Positions 18,831 to 28,029 of a DNA stretch of 32,000 nt are shown in pieces (positions within the stretch are counted from its first letter, which is position 1; each line of letters begins with the position of its first letter). The stretch is from contig CAWJMG010000003.1 of the NCBI GenBank assembly GCA_963843975.1, positions 150,001 to 182,000 of the forward strand. Direction: 5' to 3'. The notes under the pieces are model-generated. The model made no database searches, was not told the origin of the DNA, and worked only from the letters and a program-made list of their open reading frames with translations. A program made the position numbers and the translations under genes. Source of the stretch: an uncultured Actinomycetes bacterium. Lineage in GTDB: Bacteria; Actinomycetota; Actinomycetes; S36-B12; CAIYMF01.

Positions 18831-19393
18831 GGCGCGATCCTCTGCAGCGCCTGGGCCGCGCCCGCGCAGCCGGCGCCGGCCAGCGCCACGATGCGGGCGA
18901 GCTCGGGATCGACGGCGGCCACGCACTGCGTGGCCCGCTCGGCTGCCGCGCCCTGCTCGGCGTCGACGAGCGTCGCGATGATCCCTTCCTTGCTCGTCGG
19001 CAGCGTCGGCAGCGCCGTCGACGTGGGGGAGGGGGTCGCCGATGCTGACTCCGAACCGGTGGCGACGGCGCTCGGCGCGAGGGTGGCGAGCTGGTCCGGG
19101 TCGATCGCCTGGCGGTAGGCCTGGTGCCGCGCGCCCACACCGGCCACGAGAGGGGCGGCCGTGCCGCCGAGCTTCTTGGTGGCCGCGTCGTACAGCGCGA
19201 CGAGCCGCGACTCGGCGCGGCCGATCTCGGCGCGCAGGGCGCGGTCCGGGTCCTCGGGGCCGCCCGGGTCGGTCGGTGCGGGCTGGCCGTCCCCGGCCGT
19301 GCACGCGGCGAGCGCGGGTGCCAGCAGCAGTGCTCCGCCGGCCACGGCGGACCACCGCAGCGCGTCTCGACGGGACAGGTTCGGCACGTCCAT
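18827..19393 (-). CDS. Tat-signal lipoprotein, ferritin-like (DUF4439-type), 188 aa
   Basis: MDVPNLSRRDALRWSAVAGGALLLAPALAAC has a twin-arginine motif followed by a lipobox Cys. A Pro-rich linker follows, then helical regions RALRAEIGRAESRLVALYDAA ... ARHQAYRQAI. Confidence 0.7.
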   Translation of the reverse strand: MDVPNLSRRDALRWSAVAGGALLLAPALAACTAGDGQPAPTDPGGPEDPDRALRAEIGRAESRLVALYDAATKKLGGTAAPLVAGVGARHQAYRQAIDPDQLATLAPSAVATGSESASATPSPTSTALPTLPTSKEGIIATLVDAEQGAAAERATQCVAAVDPELARIVALAGAGCAGAAQALQRIAP

Positions 19394-19587
19394 GACCCTC
19401 TCACGACGTGCGCGCCGACCCCGAGCAGGATCGACGGGGTCGGACGTGCCTCCGCGCACAGGTAGGCTGGCCACCCCGTCCGCTCGAAGGAGCGACGGTC
19501 GCACGCACAACTGCACGCACAACAGGACCCGACAACAGCACAGCCCGACCGCGCCCCCGCGCGACCGTCGGGCGCCAGGAGGCCACC

Positions 19588-20208
19588 GTGGCTGCACAGC
19601 CGCCTCGTCCCGCGAAGGGCCGCCCCCAGGGCGGCGGCCGTCGCCCGGACCCTGCCCGCCGCGACGCCCAGGCGCAGAAGGTCTCCGCCCTCCTCGAGCC
19701 CGCCGTGCAGTCCACCGGCCTCGACCTCGAGGACGTCGAGATCCGCACGGTCGGCCGCCGCATCGTCGTGCGCGTGCTCGTCGACTCCGAGACCGGCGTG
19801 AGCCTCGACCAGGTCGCCGCAGCCTCCACCGCGGTCTCGGAGGCCATGGACGCCGACGACCCGTTCGGCGACGAGCCGTACACCCTCGAGGTGTCCTCGC
19901 CCGGCGTCGAGCGTCCGCTCACCCTCCCGCGCCACTGGCGCCGCAGCTCCGGTCGCCTCGTGGCCGTCACCACGACCAAGCACGAGCAGGTCACCGGTCG
20001 GATCGTGTCGGTGAGCGACGACGAGGTCGAGCTCGAGATCGACGTGAAGGGCCGCACCAGCCGCCGCCCGCTCGCCCTGGCCGACGTCGCCAAGGCGGTC
20101 GTGCAGGTCGAGTTCAGCCGCAAGGGCGAGCCCGAGATCGAGGACGTGCCCGACGTCGAGGGTGCCGACGACGCAGACGAGATCGACGACGAGGACGAGG
20201 AGGTCTGA
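19588..20208 (+). CDS. rimP: Ribosome maturation factor RimP (with basic N-terminal and acidic C-terminal extensions)
   Basis: GTG 19588 lies 5 nt after AGGAGG. Core motif [20 protein letters not shown]. It sits directly upstream of nusA. Confidence 0.88.
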   Translation: MAAQPPRPAKGRPQGGGRRPDPARRDAQAQKVSALLEPAVQSTGLDLEDVEIRTVGRRIVVRVLVDSETGVSLDQVAAASTAVSEAMDADDPFGDEPYTLEVSSPGVERPLTLPRHWRRSSGRLVAVTTTKHEQVTGRIVSVSDDEVELEIDVKGRTSRRPLALADVAKAVVQVEFSRKGEPEIEDVPDVEGADDADEIDDEDEEV

Positions 20209-20209
20209 C

Positions 20210-21226
20210 GTGGACATCGACGTCAGCGCACTGAAGGCGCTCGTGCGCGAGAAGGAGCTGTCCTACGACCTCATCGTCGACACGCTCGAGCAGGCGATGC
20301 TCCTCGCGTACCTCAAGACGGAGGGGTCGGCCCAGCGCGCGCGCGTGGAGGTCGACCGCAAGAGCGGCCACGTCACGGTGTGGGCCCGTGAGGACGATGT
20401 CGACGGCGTCCCGGGCCGGGAGTACGACGACACGCCGGACGGCTTCGGCCGTGTCGCCGCCACCACCGCGCGCCAGGTGATCCTCCAGCGTCTGCGCGAG
20501 GCCGAGGACGACCAGATGTTCGGCGAGTTCGCCGGTACCGAGGGCGACCTCGTGTCGGGGATCGTCCAGCAGGGCAGCGACCCGAGGCTCGTGTTCGTCG
20601 ACCTCGGCAAGATCGAGGCCGTCCTGCCGCCGCAGGAGCAGGTGCCGGGCGAGAAGTACGTCCACGGCACGCGCCTGAAGTGCCACGTCGTGCAGGTCTC
20701 GCGCACGCCGAAGGGCCCGCGCGTCACGGTCTCGCGCACCCACCCCAACCTCGTGAAGGCGCTGTTCGCCCTCGAGGTGCCCGAGATCGCCGACGGGTCG
20801 GTCCAGATCGCCGCGATCGCCCGCGAGGCCGGTCACCGCACGAAGATGGCCGTCTACTCGACCGTGCCCGGGCTCAACGCCAAGGGTGCCTGCATCGGCC
20901 CGATGGGCGCCCGCGTCCGCGCGGTCATGGCCGAGCTGCACGGCGAGAAGATCGACATCGTCGACTGGTCCGACGACCCCGCCGAGATGGTCGGCAACGC
21001 TCTGTCGCCTGCCCGTGTCACCTCCGTGACCGTCGTCGACTTCGCCGCCCGCTCGGCGCGCGTGGTCGTCCCGGATTACCAGCTCAGCCTGGCGATCGGC
21101 CGGGAGGGTCAGAACGCCCGCCTGGCCGCCCGCCTCACCGGCTGGCGCATCGACATCCGGCCCGACACCGTCGCCGCAGGGGACGAGCGCACGGGCGGGC
21201 AGGGCGACTCCGGACCCGAGGCGTGA
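20210..21226 (+). CDS. nusA: Transcription termination/antitermination factor NusA
   Basis: GTG 20210 follows GAGGAGG. Contains an N-terminal domain, an S1 domain and two KH domains ([34 protein letters not shown]). It is the short actinobacterial form without AR repeats. Confidence 0.93.
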   Translation: MDIDVSALKALVREKELSYDLIVDTLEQAMLLAYLKTEGSAQRARVEVDRKSGHVTVWAREDDVDGVPGREYDDTPDGFGRVAATTARQVILQRLREAEDDQMFGEFAGTEGDLVSGIVQQGSDPRLVFVDLGKIEAVLPPQEQVPGEKYVHGTRLKCHVVQVSRTPKGPRVTVSRTHPNLVKALFALEVPEIADGSVQIAAIAREAGHRTKMAVYSTVPGLNAKGACIGPMGARVRAVMAELHGEKIDIVDWSDDPAEMVGNALSPARVTSVTVVDFAARSARVVVPDYQLSLAIGREGQNARLAARLTGWRIDIRPDTVAAGDERTGGQGDSGPEA

Positions 21227-21630
21227 TCGGCGACGCGGCCGGAGGGGTAGACTGGCCGACGACCGGCAGTCCGGTCCCCCCTGACGCCGCCGCGAGCGGT
21301 GCAGGCGCGCCCTCCCGCGGGCGTCGCACCCCGGTGCGCATGTGCGTGGGATGCCGGGGACACGGTGGCCGTTCCGACCTGGTGCGCGTGGTCGTGGTCG
21401 AGGGGCTCCTGGTCCCTGATCCGCGGGCTCGCGCCGCCGGACGAGGTGCCTGGCTGCACCCTGACCCGGCGTGTCTCGACCTCGCCGAGCGACGGCGGGC
21501 GCTGCCGCGGGCCCTTCGGGTCCCCGGTCCGCTCGACGCCACCGCGGTGCGGGACGAGATCGCACGACGAGCCGCCGGCGCCCGCGCCGGAGACCAGCAC
21601 GAACCGCACGACCAGCACCACCAGAAATGA
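21223..21630 (+). CDS. ylxR: YlxR/DUF448 family RNA-binding protein
   Basis: RMCVGCRG...DLVRVV...[14 protein letters not shown]...[12 protein letters not shown] 21223 overlaps the nusA stop (GTGA). In-frame GTG 21334 or ATG 21340 would give a more typical ~96-98 aa product. Confidence 0.8.
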   Translation: MIGDAAGGVDWPTTGSPVPPDAAASGAGAPSRGRRTPVRMCVGCRGHGGRSDLVRVVVVEGLLVPDPRARAAGRGAWLHPDPACLDLAERRRALPRALRVPGPLDATAVRDEIARRAAGARAGDQHEPHDQHHQK

Positions 21631-21758
21631 CCACCGTCCACCCACGATCGGGAGCAGAACAGGACATGAGCACCCGATGAACGCCCAGCGATGAGCGTGT
21701 CCGTGCACGTCTGAGTGGTCCGGTACGAACCCGTCCCGGACCAAAGAGCAGGAGAACT

Positions 21759-24549
21759 GTGTCGAAGGTCCGGGTCTACGAGCTCGCCAAGGAGCTCGGA
21801 GTCGAGAGCAAGGCCGTCGTGGCCAAGCTCCAGGAGATGGGTGAGTTCGTCCGATCGGCGAGCTCCACCATCGAGGCGCCGGTGGTCCGGCGTCTCCGGG
21901 AGGCGTTCCCCGCCGCCCCGGCTGCGCCTGCCAAGGCGCCCGCCAAGCCCAAGCCCGCCCCCGCGGCTCCCGCCGCGCCGGCGGCCCCCGAGGTCGTGGC
22001 TCCCGCCGCGCCCGAGGCGCCCGCGGCCCCGGCCGCACCGGTGCCCGCACCCGCGGCTCCCGCCGCACCGGCGGCCCCCGAGGTCGAGGCTCCGGCCGCG
22101 TCCGCGGTCCCGGCCCCCGCAGCCCCCAAGGCACCGCGTCCGGGCAACAACCCGTTCATGGACCGCAGTGCTGAGGCGCCGCCGCGGCCGGCCGCTCCCG
22201 CGGCCCCCGGCGCCCCGGGCGCCGTGCCCGGTGCTCCGCGTCCGGCACGTCCGGGCAACAACCCCTTCACCGACCGCTCCGGCGTCGAGGGCGCACCGCG
22301 CCCCGTGCCGCGGCCCGGCGGCGTCCCCGGCGCCCCGCGTCCGAACCCGGGCATGATGCCCGGGCAGCGGCCCGGTCGTCCGGCCGGCCCCGGCCGTCCC
22401 GCGGGCCCCGGCGGCCCCGGTGCCGGTCGTCCCGCGCCCGGCGGCGCACGTCCCGGTGGCGGCGCAGGCCGTCCCGGCGGCGGTGGCGGCTTCGGCGCCC
22501 GTCCCGGCGGTGCTCCCGGCGGCGGTGGCGGCGGCTTCGCCGGTCGCCCCGGCGGCGGCGGTGCTCCCGGCGGTGGCGGCGGCTTCGGCGGCCGTCCCGG
22601 CGCCGGTGGCCGTGGCACCACGGCCGGTGCGTTCGGCCGTCCCGGCGGCAAGCCGGCCCGCGGTCGCAAGTCCAAGCGTGCGAAGCGCCAGGAGTTCGAC
22701 AACATGTCGGCTCCGTCCATGGGCGGCGAGATCCGTCCCATGGGCCAGGGCCAGACCATCCGTCTGGCGCGCGGCTCCTCGCTGACCGACTTCAGCGAGA
22801 AGGTGGGCGTGCCCGCGGGCGTGCTCGTCACGGTGATGTTCAAGCCTCGGCGAGATGGTCACCGCGACCCAGTCGCTGTCCGACGACACGCTGGCCCTGC
22901 TCGGCACCGAGCTGAACTTCGACGTCCAGGTCATCAGCCCGGAGGACGAGGACCGCGAGCTGCTCGAGCGGTACGACCTCGAGTTCGGCGAGGACGAGGG
23001 CGACGAGTCCGACCTCGTCGCGCGTCCGCCGGTCGTCACGGTCATGGGTCACGTCGACCACGGAAAGACCCGTCTGCTCGACGCGATCCGCAACACCAAC
23101 GTCATGAGCAAGGAGGCCGGTGGCATCACACAGCACATCGGCGCCTACCAGGTCGTGGCGCGCGCCGACAGCGACGAGCCCCGTGCCATCACCTTCATCG
23201 ACACCCCGGGTCACGAGGCGTTCACCGCCATGCGTGCTCGTGGTGCGCAGGTCACCGACATCGCGATCCTCGTGGTGGCGGCGGACGATGGCGTGAAGCC
23301 GCAGACGATCGAGGCGCTCAACCACGCCAAGGCCGCCGACGTGCCGATCGTGGTCGCCGTCAACAAGATCGACAAGGAGGGCGCGGACCCGGCCAAGGTC
23401 CGTGGCCAGCTCACCGAGTACGGCCTCGTCCCTGAGGAGTACGGCGGCGACACGATGTTCGTCGACGTCTCCGCCAAGGGCGGGATCGGCATCGACGAGC
23501 TGCTCGAGGCCCTGCTCCTCACGGCCGACGCCGCCCTGGACCTGCGGGCCAACCCGCACCAGGACGCGCAGGGCGTGTCGATCGAGGCCCACCTCGACCG
23601 TGGCCGTGGCCCGGTCGCCACGGTGCTCGTCCAGCGCGGCACGCTGCGCCCCGGCGACTCCATCGTGGTCGGCGACGCCTACGGCCGCGTGCGCGCCATG
23701 CTCGACGAGCACGGCAACACGCTCGAGGAGGCCCTGCCGGCCCGTCCGGTCCAGGTGCTCGGCCTCACGGCCGTCCCCGGCGCCGGCGACAACATGCTGG
23801 TGGTCGAGGACGACCGCACCGCCCGTCAGATCGCCCAGACCCGTGCGGCGCGCGAGCGCAACGCGGCCCTGGCCCAGGCGCGCGGTCGCCGTACTCTCGA
23901 GGACTTCCTCAAGTCCCTCGAGCGCGGCGAGGTCGAGGAGCTCAAGCTCATCCTCAAGGGCGACGTGTCCGGTTCGGTCGAGGCGCTCGAGAGCGCGCTT
24001 GTCGCGCTCGACATCAGCGACGAGGTCAGCCTGCGCGTCATCGACCGCGGTGTCGGTGCCATCACGCAGAACGACGTCAACCTGGCCGTCGCGTCCGACG
24101 CCGTCATCATCGGCTTCAACGTCCGTCCGGCCGAGCGCGTGCAGGAGATCATCGACCGCGAGCGTGTCGATGTCCGGTACTACTCGGTCATCTACCAGGC
24201 GATCGACGACGTCGAGGCGGCTCTCAAGGGCCTGCTCAAGCCGGTCTACGAGGAGGTGGCTCTCGGCACCGCCGAGATCCGCGAGGTCTACCGCTCGAGC
24301 AAGTTCGGCAACATCGCCGGCTCGCTCGTGCGCACCGGCCTCATCCGCCGCAACGCCAAGGCGCGCCTCCTGCGCGACGGCGCCGTCGTGGCGGACAACC
24401 TCACCATCGAGTCGCTGAAGCGGTTCAAGGACGACGCCACCGAGGTCCGCGAGGGCTTCGAGTGCGGTATCGGCCTCGGGTCGTTCAACGACGTGAAGGT
24501 CGACGACATCATCGAGACCTTCGAGATGCGCGAGAAGCCGCGCGTCTGA
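21759..24549 (+). pseudogene. infB: Translation initiation factor IF-2, reading frame broken by one extra C at 22845/22846 as sequenced (possibly a sequence error)
   Basis: GTG 21759 follows GCAGGAGA. The N-terminus [18 protein letters not shown]... and the Pro/Ala/Gly-rich linker run in one frame to ...GVLVTVMFK (22842-22844). The expected continuation [16 protein letters not shown]..., the G domain ([17 protein letters not shown]) and the C-terminus are in the +1 frame from 22846 to 24549. Confidence 0.92.
21960..22093 (+). repeat. Two 44-bp near-identical direct repeats 90 bp apart within the infB Pro/Ala-rich linker
   Basis: 21960..22003 CCCGCGGCTCCCGCCGCGCCGGCGGCCCCCGAGGTCGTGGCTCC versus 22050..22093 CCCGCGGCTCCCGCCGCACCGGCGGCCCCCGAGGTCGAGGCTCC: 2 mismatches by hand count. 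Confidence 0.7.
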
Positions 24550-24572
24550 CAGCTCGACCCCTGGAGGACGTC

Positions 24573-24866
24573 GTGTTCGTGGGTTCCCTCGAGTGCGACG
24601 TCCTCCTGGGGGATGTCAGGTCGTTGAAGCAGAAGCGGAGCCTCGTCCGTCCGGTCGTGGCCGAGCTGAAGCGTCGGCTCGAGGTGAGCGCGGCTGAGGT
24701 GGGTCACCACGACCTCCACCGCCGCGCGCTGATCGGAGTCGCGATCGTCGCGGGGGACGGCGCGCACTGCACCGAGGTGCTCGACGATGCCGAGAGGCTC
24801 ATCGCCGGACATCCCGAGCTCGAGCTGCTCAGCGTGCGTCGCGCGCTGCGCGGCTCGGACGACTGA
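24573..24866 (+). CDS. DUF503 (YlxP-like) protein
   Basis: GTG 24573 lies 4 nt after [39 protein letters not shown] fits the DUF503 pattern, and the conserved position between infB and rbfA agrees. Confidence 0.75.
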   Translation: MFVGSLECDVLLGDVRSLKQKRSLVRPVVAELKRRLEVSAAEVGHHDLHRRALIGVAIVAGDGAHCTEVLDDAERLIAGHPELELLSVRRALRGSDD

Positions 24867-24939
24867 CGCAGACGCACGACCAGCACTCCCCGCACCTGCA
24901 CCAGGACCAGGCCCCCAGGCCGCACGAGAGGATCCACCC

Positions 24940-25533
24940 ATGGCCGACCCCGCCCGCGCCCGCAAGCTCGCCGACCGCATCAAGGTGATCGTCGCGGAGA
25001 CGCTCGAGCAGCGCATCAAGGACCCGCGCGTCGGCTTCCTCACCGTGACCGACGCCCGCGTCACCGGCGACCTCCACGACGCGACCGTCTACTACACGGT
25101 CTACGGGTCCGACGAGGAGAAGGCCGGCACCGCCGCGGCGCTCGAGAGCGCCAAGGGCGTGCTGCGCACCGAGATCGGGCGCCAGACCGGCGTCCGCTTC
25201 ACGCCGACGCTCACGTTCGTCGCAGACGCCGTGCCCGAGAACGCCGCGGCCATCGAGGACCTCCTCGCGGTCGCCGCCGCCGCGGATGCCGAGGTGCACG
25301 AGAAGGCCGCCGCCGCGCAGTACGCCGGCGAGGCCGACCCGTACAAGAAGCCGCGCGACCTCGACGACGAGCTCGAGGACGACGACGAGGACGATGAGGA
25401 CGACGACGAGCTGCCCACGACGATCGAGGACGACCTCGAGGAGAGCATCGAGGAGATCGACGCGCTCGACGACCTCCAGGAGCTGCTCGAGGACGACGAG
25501 GACGACGAGGACGAGCAGGAGACGCGGGCGTGA
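24940..25533 (+). CDS. rbfA: 30S ribosome-binding factor RbfA with a long acidic C-terminal tail
   Basis: [54 protein letters not shown] is the canonical RbfA core. A ~60-aa Asp/Glu-rich extension follows. Confidence 0.9.
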   Translation: MADPARARKLADRIKVIVAETLEQRIKDPRVGFLTVTDARVTGDLHDATVYYTVYGSDEEKAGTAAALESAKGVLRTEIGRQTGVRFTPTLTFVADAVPENAAAIEDLLAVAAAADAEVHEKAAAAQYAGEADPYKKPRDLDDELEDDDEDDEDDDELPTTIEDDLEESIEEIDALDDLQELLEDDEDDEDEQETRA

Positions 25534-26543
25534 GCTGGAGCGCGAGCCCGACCGAGGCCGCCTGGGTGGAGGCCGTCGCGGCCCTGACCTCGGGCCGCCC
25601 GGTGCTGCTGCTCGCGCATGTCTCTCCCGACGCTGACGCTCTCGGCTCGGCCCTCGCGGCCGGCCTCGCGCTCGAGGCACGAGGCGTCGACGTCGCGGTG
25701 TCGTACGGCGACAACCCCTTCGTGGTGCCGCGCGTCCTCCGCACGCTTCCCGGTCAGCACCTCCTTGTGCCGCCGGCCGAGGTGGGGGAGCGGCCGGTCG
25801 TCGCGTCCTTCGACGTCTCCTCGATCGAGCGGCTCGGTGTGCTGCAGGTCGTTGCCGAGGCGGCCGACGTCCTCGTGGTCGTCGACCACCACGCGTCGTA
25901 CACCGGCTTCGGTGGCATCCACATCGTCGACGTGAAGGCACCGGCGACTGCCGTGCTCGCGCTCGAGCTCGTCGACCGCCTCGGCGTCGAGGTCGGCATC
26001 GACATCGCGACCGACGTCTACTCCGGCATCGTCACCGACACCGGCTCGTTCAAGTACTCCGCGACCACGGCGGACACCCACCGCGTCGCTGCCCGACTGC
26101 TCGAGACCGGGCTGCCGCACGACGTCGTCGCCCGGCACATCTACGACGACGAGCCGTTCGGCGTCCTCAAGGTGCTCGGCGGCGCGCTCGACCGTGCCAC
26201 GCTCGAGCCCGATGCCGTCGGCGGTCTCGGCCTCGTGCACACGTGCGTCAGCAAGGCCGTCCGCGACGAGCACGACCTTCCGCTCGACTCGGTCGAGCGC
26301 GTGATCGACGTGCTGCGCATCGCGACCGAGGCCGAGGTGGCCCTCGTGCTGAAGCAGGACGACACCGGTGCGTGGCGGGTGTCGATGCGCAGCAAGGGCC
26401 GCGTCGACGTGTCGGAGGTGGCGCTGGCGCTCGGCGGCGGCGGTCACCGCTTCGCAGCCGGCTTCACCGGCGGCACCGATCACCAGCAGGTGCTCGACGA
26501 CGTGCGCGCGGCTCTCGACGCTGTCGCCCGTCAGGGGTCCTGA
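25530..26543 (+). CDS. nrnA: DHH/DHHA1 family phosphoesterase (NrnA/CnpB-like oligoribonuclease / pAp phosphatase)
   Basis: [17 protein letters not shown] and the C-terminal GGGHRFAAG motif. GTG 25530 overlaps the rbfA stop (GTGA). Confidence 0.88.
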   Translation: MSWSASPTEAAWVEAVAALTSGRPVLLLAHVSPDADALGSALAAGLALEARGVDVAVSYGDNPFVVPRVLRTLPGQHLLVPPAEVGERPVVASFDVSSIERLGVLQVVAEAADVLVVVDHHASYTGFGGIHIVDVKAPATAVLALELVDRLGVEVGIDIATDVYSGIVTDTGSFKYSATTADTHRVAARLLETGLPHDVVARHIYDDEPFGVLKVLGGALDRATLEPDAVGGLGLVHTCVSKAVRDEHDLPLDSVERVIDVLRIATEAEVALVLKQDDTGAWRVSMRSKGRVDVSEVALALGGGGHRFAAGFTGGTDHQQVLDDVRAALDAVARQGS

Positions 26544-26544
26544 C

Positions 26545-27444
26545 ATGGGGCGCGGCGACACCCCCCGCGCCCGCACGGCGCCCGACGGCATCGTCGTGGT
26601 CGACAAGCCGGCCGGCATGACCAGCCACGACGTCGTCGCGCGGATGCGACGCATCGCCGGCACCCGCAAGGTCGGCCACGCGGGCACCCTCGACCCGATG
26701 GCCACCGGTGTGCTCATCCTCGGGATCGAGCGCGCCACAAGGCTTCTGGGTCACCTCGCACTCACCGACAAGTCGTACGACGCCACCATCCGGCTGGGCG
26801 TCGCGACGGTCACGGACGACGCCGAGGGCGAGGAGACCGCACGCGCCGACGCGTCGGGCGTCACCGATGCCGCCATCGCTGCGGGCATCGCCGCGCTCAC
26901 CGGCGACATCGCGCAGCGCCCCTCGGCCGTCAGCGCGATCAAGGTCGACGGGGTGCGCTCCTACGCCCGCGTGCGCTCCGGCGAGGACGTCGAGCTCCCC
27001 GCCCGGCCCGTCACCGTCTCGCGCTTCGACGTCCTCGGAACCCGCCGCGATGACGGCGTGGTCGACCTCGACGTGACGGTCACCTGCACGAGCGGCACCT
27101 ACATCCGTGCGCTGGCGCGCGACCTCGGCGAGGCTCTCGGCGTCGGCGGCCACCTCACGGCGCTGCGCCGCACCCGCGTCGGCCCCTTCGGCCTCGATGT
27201 CGCGCGCACCCTCGAGCAGCTCGAGGACACGTTCGACCTCGTGCCTCTGCGGGACGCCGTCGCCGCGTCGTTCGAGCGCGTCGACGTCGACGCCACGACG
27301 GCGGGCAGCGTCCTGCACGGCGGCCGCATCTCCTGCGCCGAGAGCCTCGTGGGCCCGGTCGGCGTGTTCGGCCCCGACGGCGCCGTCCTCTCGGTGGCCG
27401 AGCCGGTCGACGGTCTGCTCAAGCCCCTCGTCGTCTTCAGCTGA
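26545..27444 (+). CDS. truB: tRNA pseudouridine(55) synthase TruB
   Basis: GIVVVDKPAGMTSHDVV, KVGHAGTLDPMATGVL (catalytic Asp) and GTYIRALARDLG. Confidence 0.93.
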   Translation: MGRGDTPRARTAPDGIVVVDKPAGMTSHDVVARMRRIAGTRKVGHAGTLDPMATGVLILGIERATRLLGHLALTDKSYDATIRLGVATVTDDAEGEETARADASGVTDAAIAAGIAALTGDIAQRPSAVSAIKVDGVRSYARVRSGEDVELPARPVTVSRFDVLGTRRDDGVVDLDVTVTCTSGTYIRALARDLGEALGVGGHLTALRRTRVGPFGLDVARTLEQLEDTFDLVPLRDAVAASFERVDVDATTAGSVLHGGRISCAESLVGPVGVFGPDGAVLSVAEPVDGLLKPLVVFS

Positions 27445-27515
27445 ACGATCCTGCCGTTCTGGCCGCGCACTGACCTCGCCAGGCTCATCCTGAGCCCACC
27501 AGCGAGGAGGTCACC

Positions 27516-27992
27516 ATGGACCGAGAGGGAACGAGCGCGGTGGTCCACCTGCCCGGCGCCGGCCGCCACATCGACATGGGTGCGTTCGGCATGACGGTCA
27601 AGGCGGACGCCGAGCTCACCGGTGGCGGCTTCAGCCTGCTGGAGGCGTCCGAACCTGCCGGCTTCGGTCCGCCGATGCACGTGCACGAGGACGCCGGGGA
27701 GGCGTTCTACGTGCTCGAGGGGGAGTACCACGTCGTCATCGAGGACGTCGAGCACGCGTGCCCTGCCGGCTCCTTCGTCTACGTGCCCGCGGGCATGGTG
27801 CACGGCTTCCGTGTCGGTTCGGTGCCGAGTCGCAAGCTCAACATCTACAGCCCAGCGGCCATGGTCGGGTACTTCGACGAGCTCGCGAGCGCAGCGGCCG
27901 CGGGGTCGGTGCTCGGGGATGACGAGCTCGCTGCGATGGCGCTGCGGTTCGGGATGCACGTGCTCGGGCCCGTGCCCGACGGCTACGCCTGA
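27516..27992 (+). CDS. Cupin domain protein
   Basis: Strong RBS GAGGAGG. Cupin motifs PPMHVHEDAGEAFYVLEG and GSFVYVPAGMVHGF. Confidence 0.8.
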   Translation: MDREGTSAVVHLPGAGRHIDMGAFGMTVKADAELTGGGFSLLEASEPAGFGPPMHVHEDAGEAFYVLEGEYHVVIEDVEHACPAGSFVYVPAGMVHGFRVGSVPSRKLNIYSPAAMVGYFDELASAAAAGSVLGDDELAAMALRFGMHVLGPVPDGYA

Positions 27993-28029
27993 CCCTTGCC
28001 GTACGTCGCCGGTGCGCCAGGATGGACCC

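Noticed and set aside
17797-20217. 806-aa minus-strand ORF spanning the YkgJ gene, both ferritin-like genes and rimP
   Set aside because: Only the last 203 codons (17797..18405) are protein-like (YkgJ cysteine cluster). The rest is a read-through of a stop-free frame overlapping better-supported genes.
21900-22680. Highly repetitive GC-rich stretch that could be mistaken for a tandem-repeat or CRISPR-like array
   Set aside because: It is the in-frame Pro/Ala/Gly low-complexity linker of IF-2. It has no repeat-spacer architecture.
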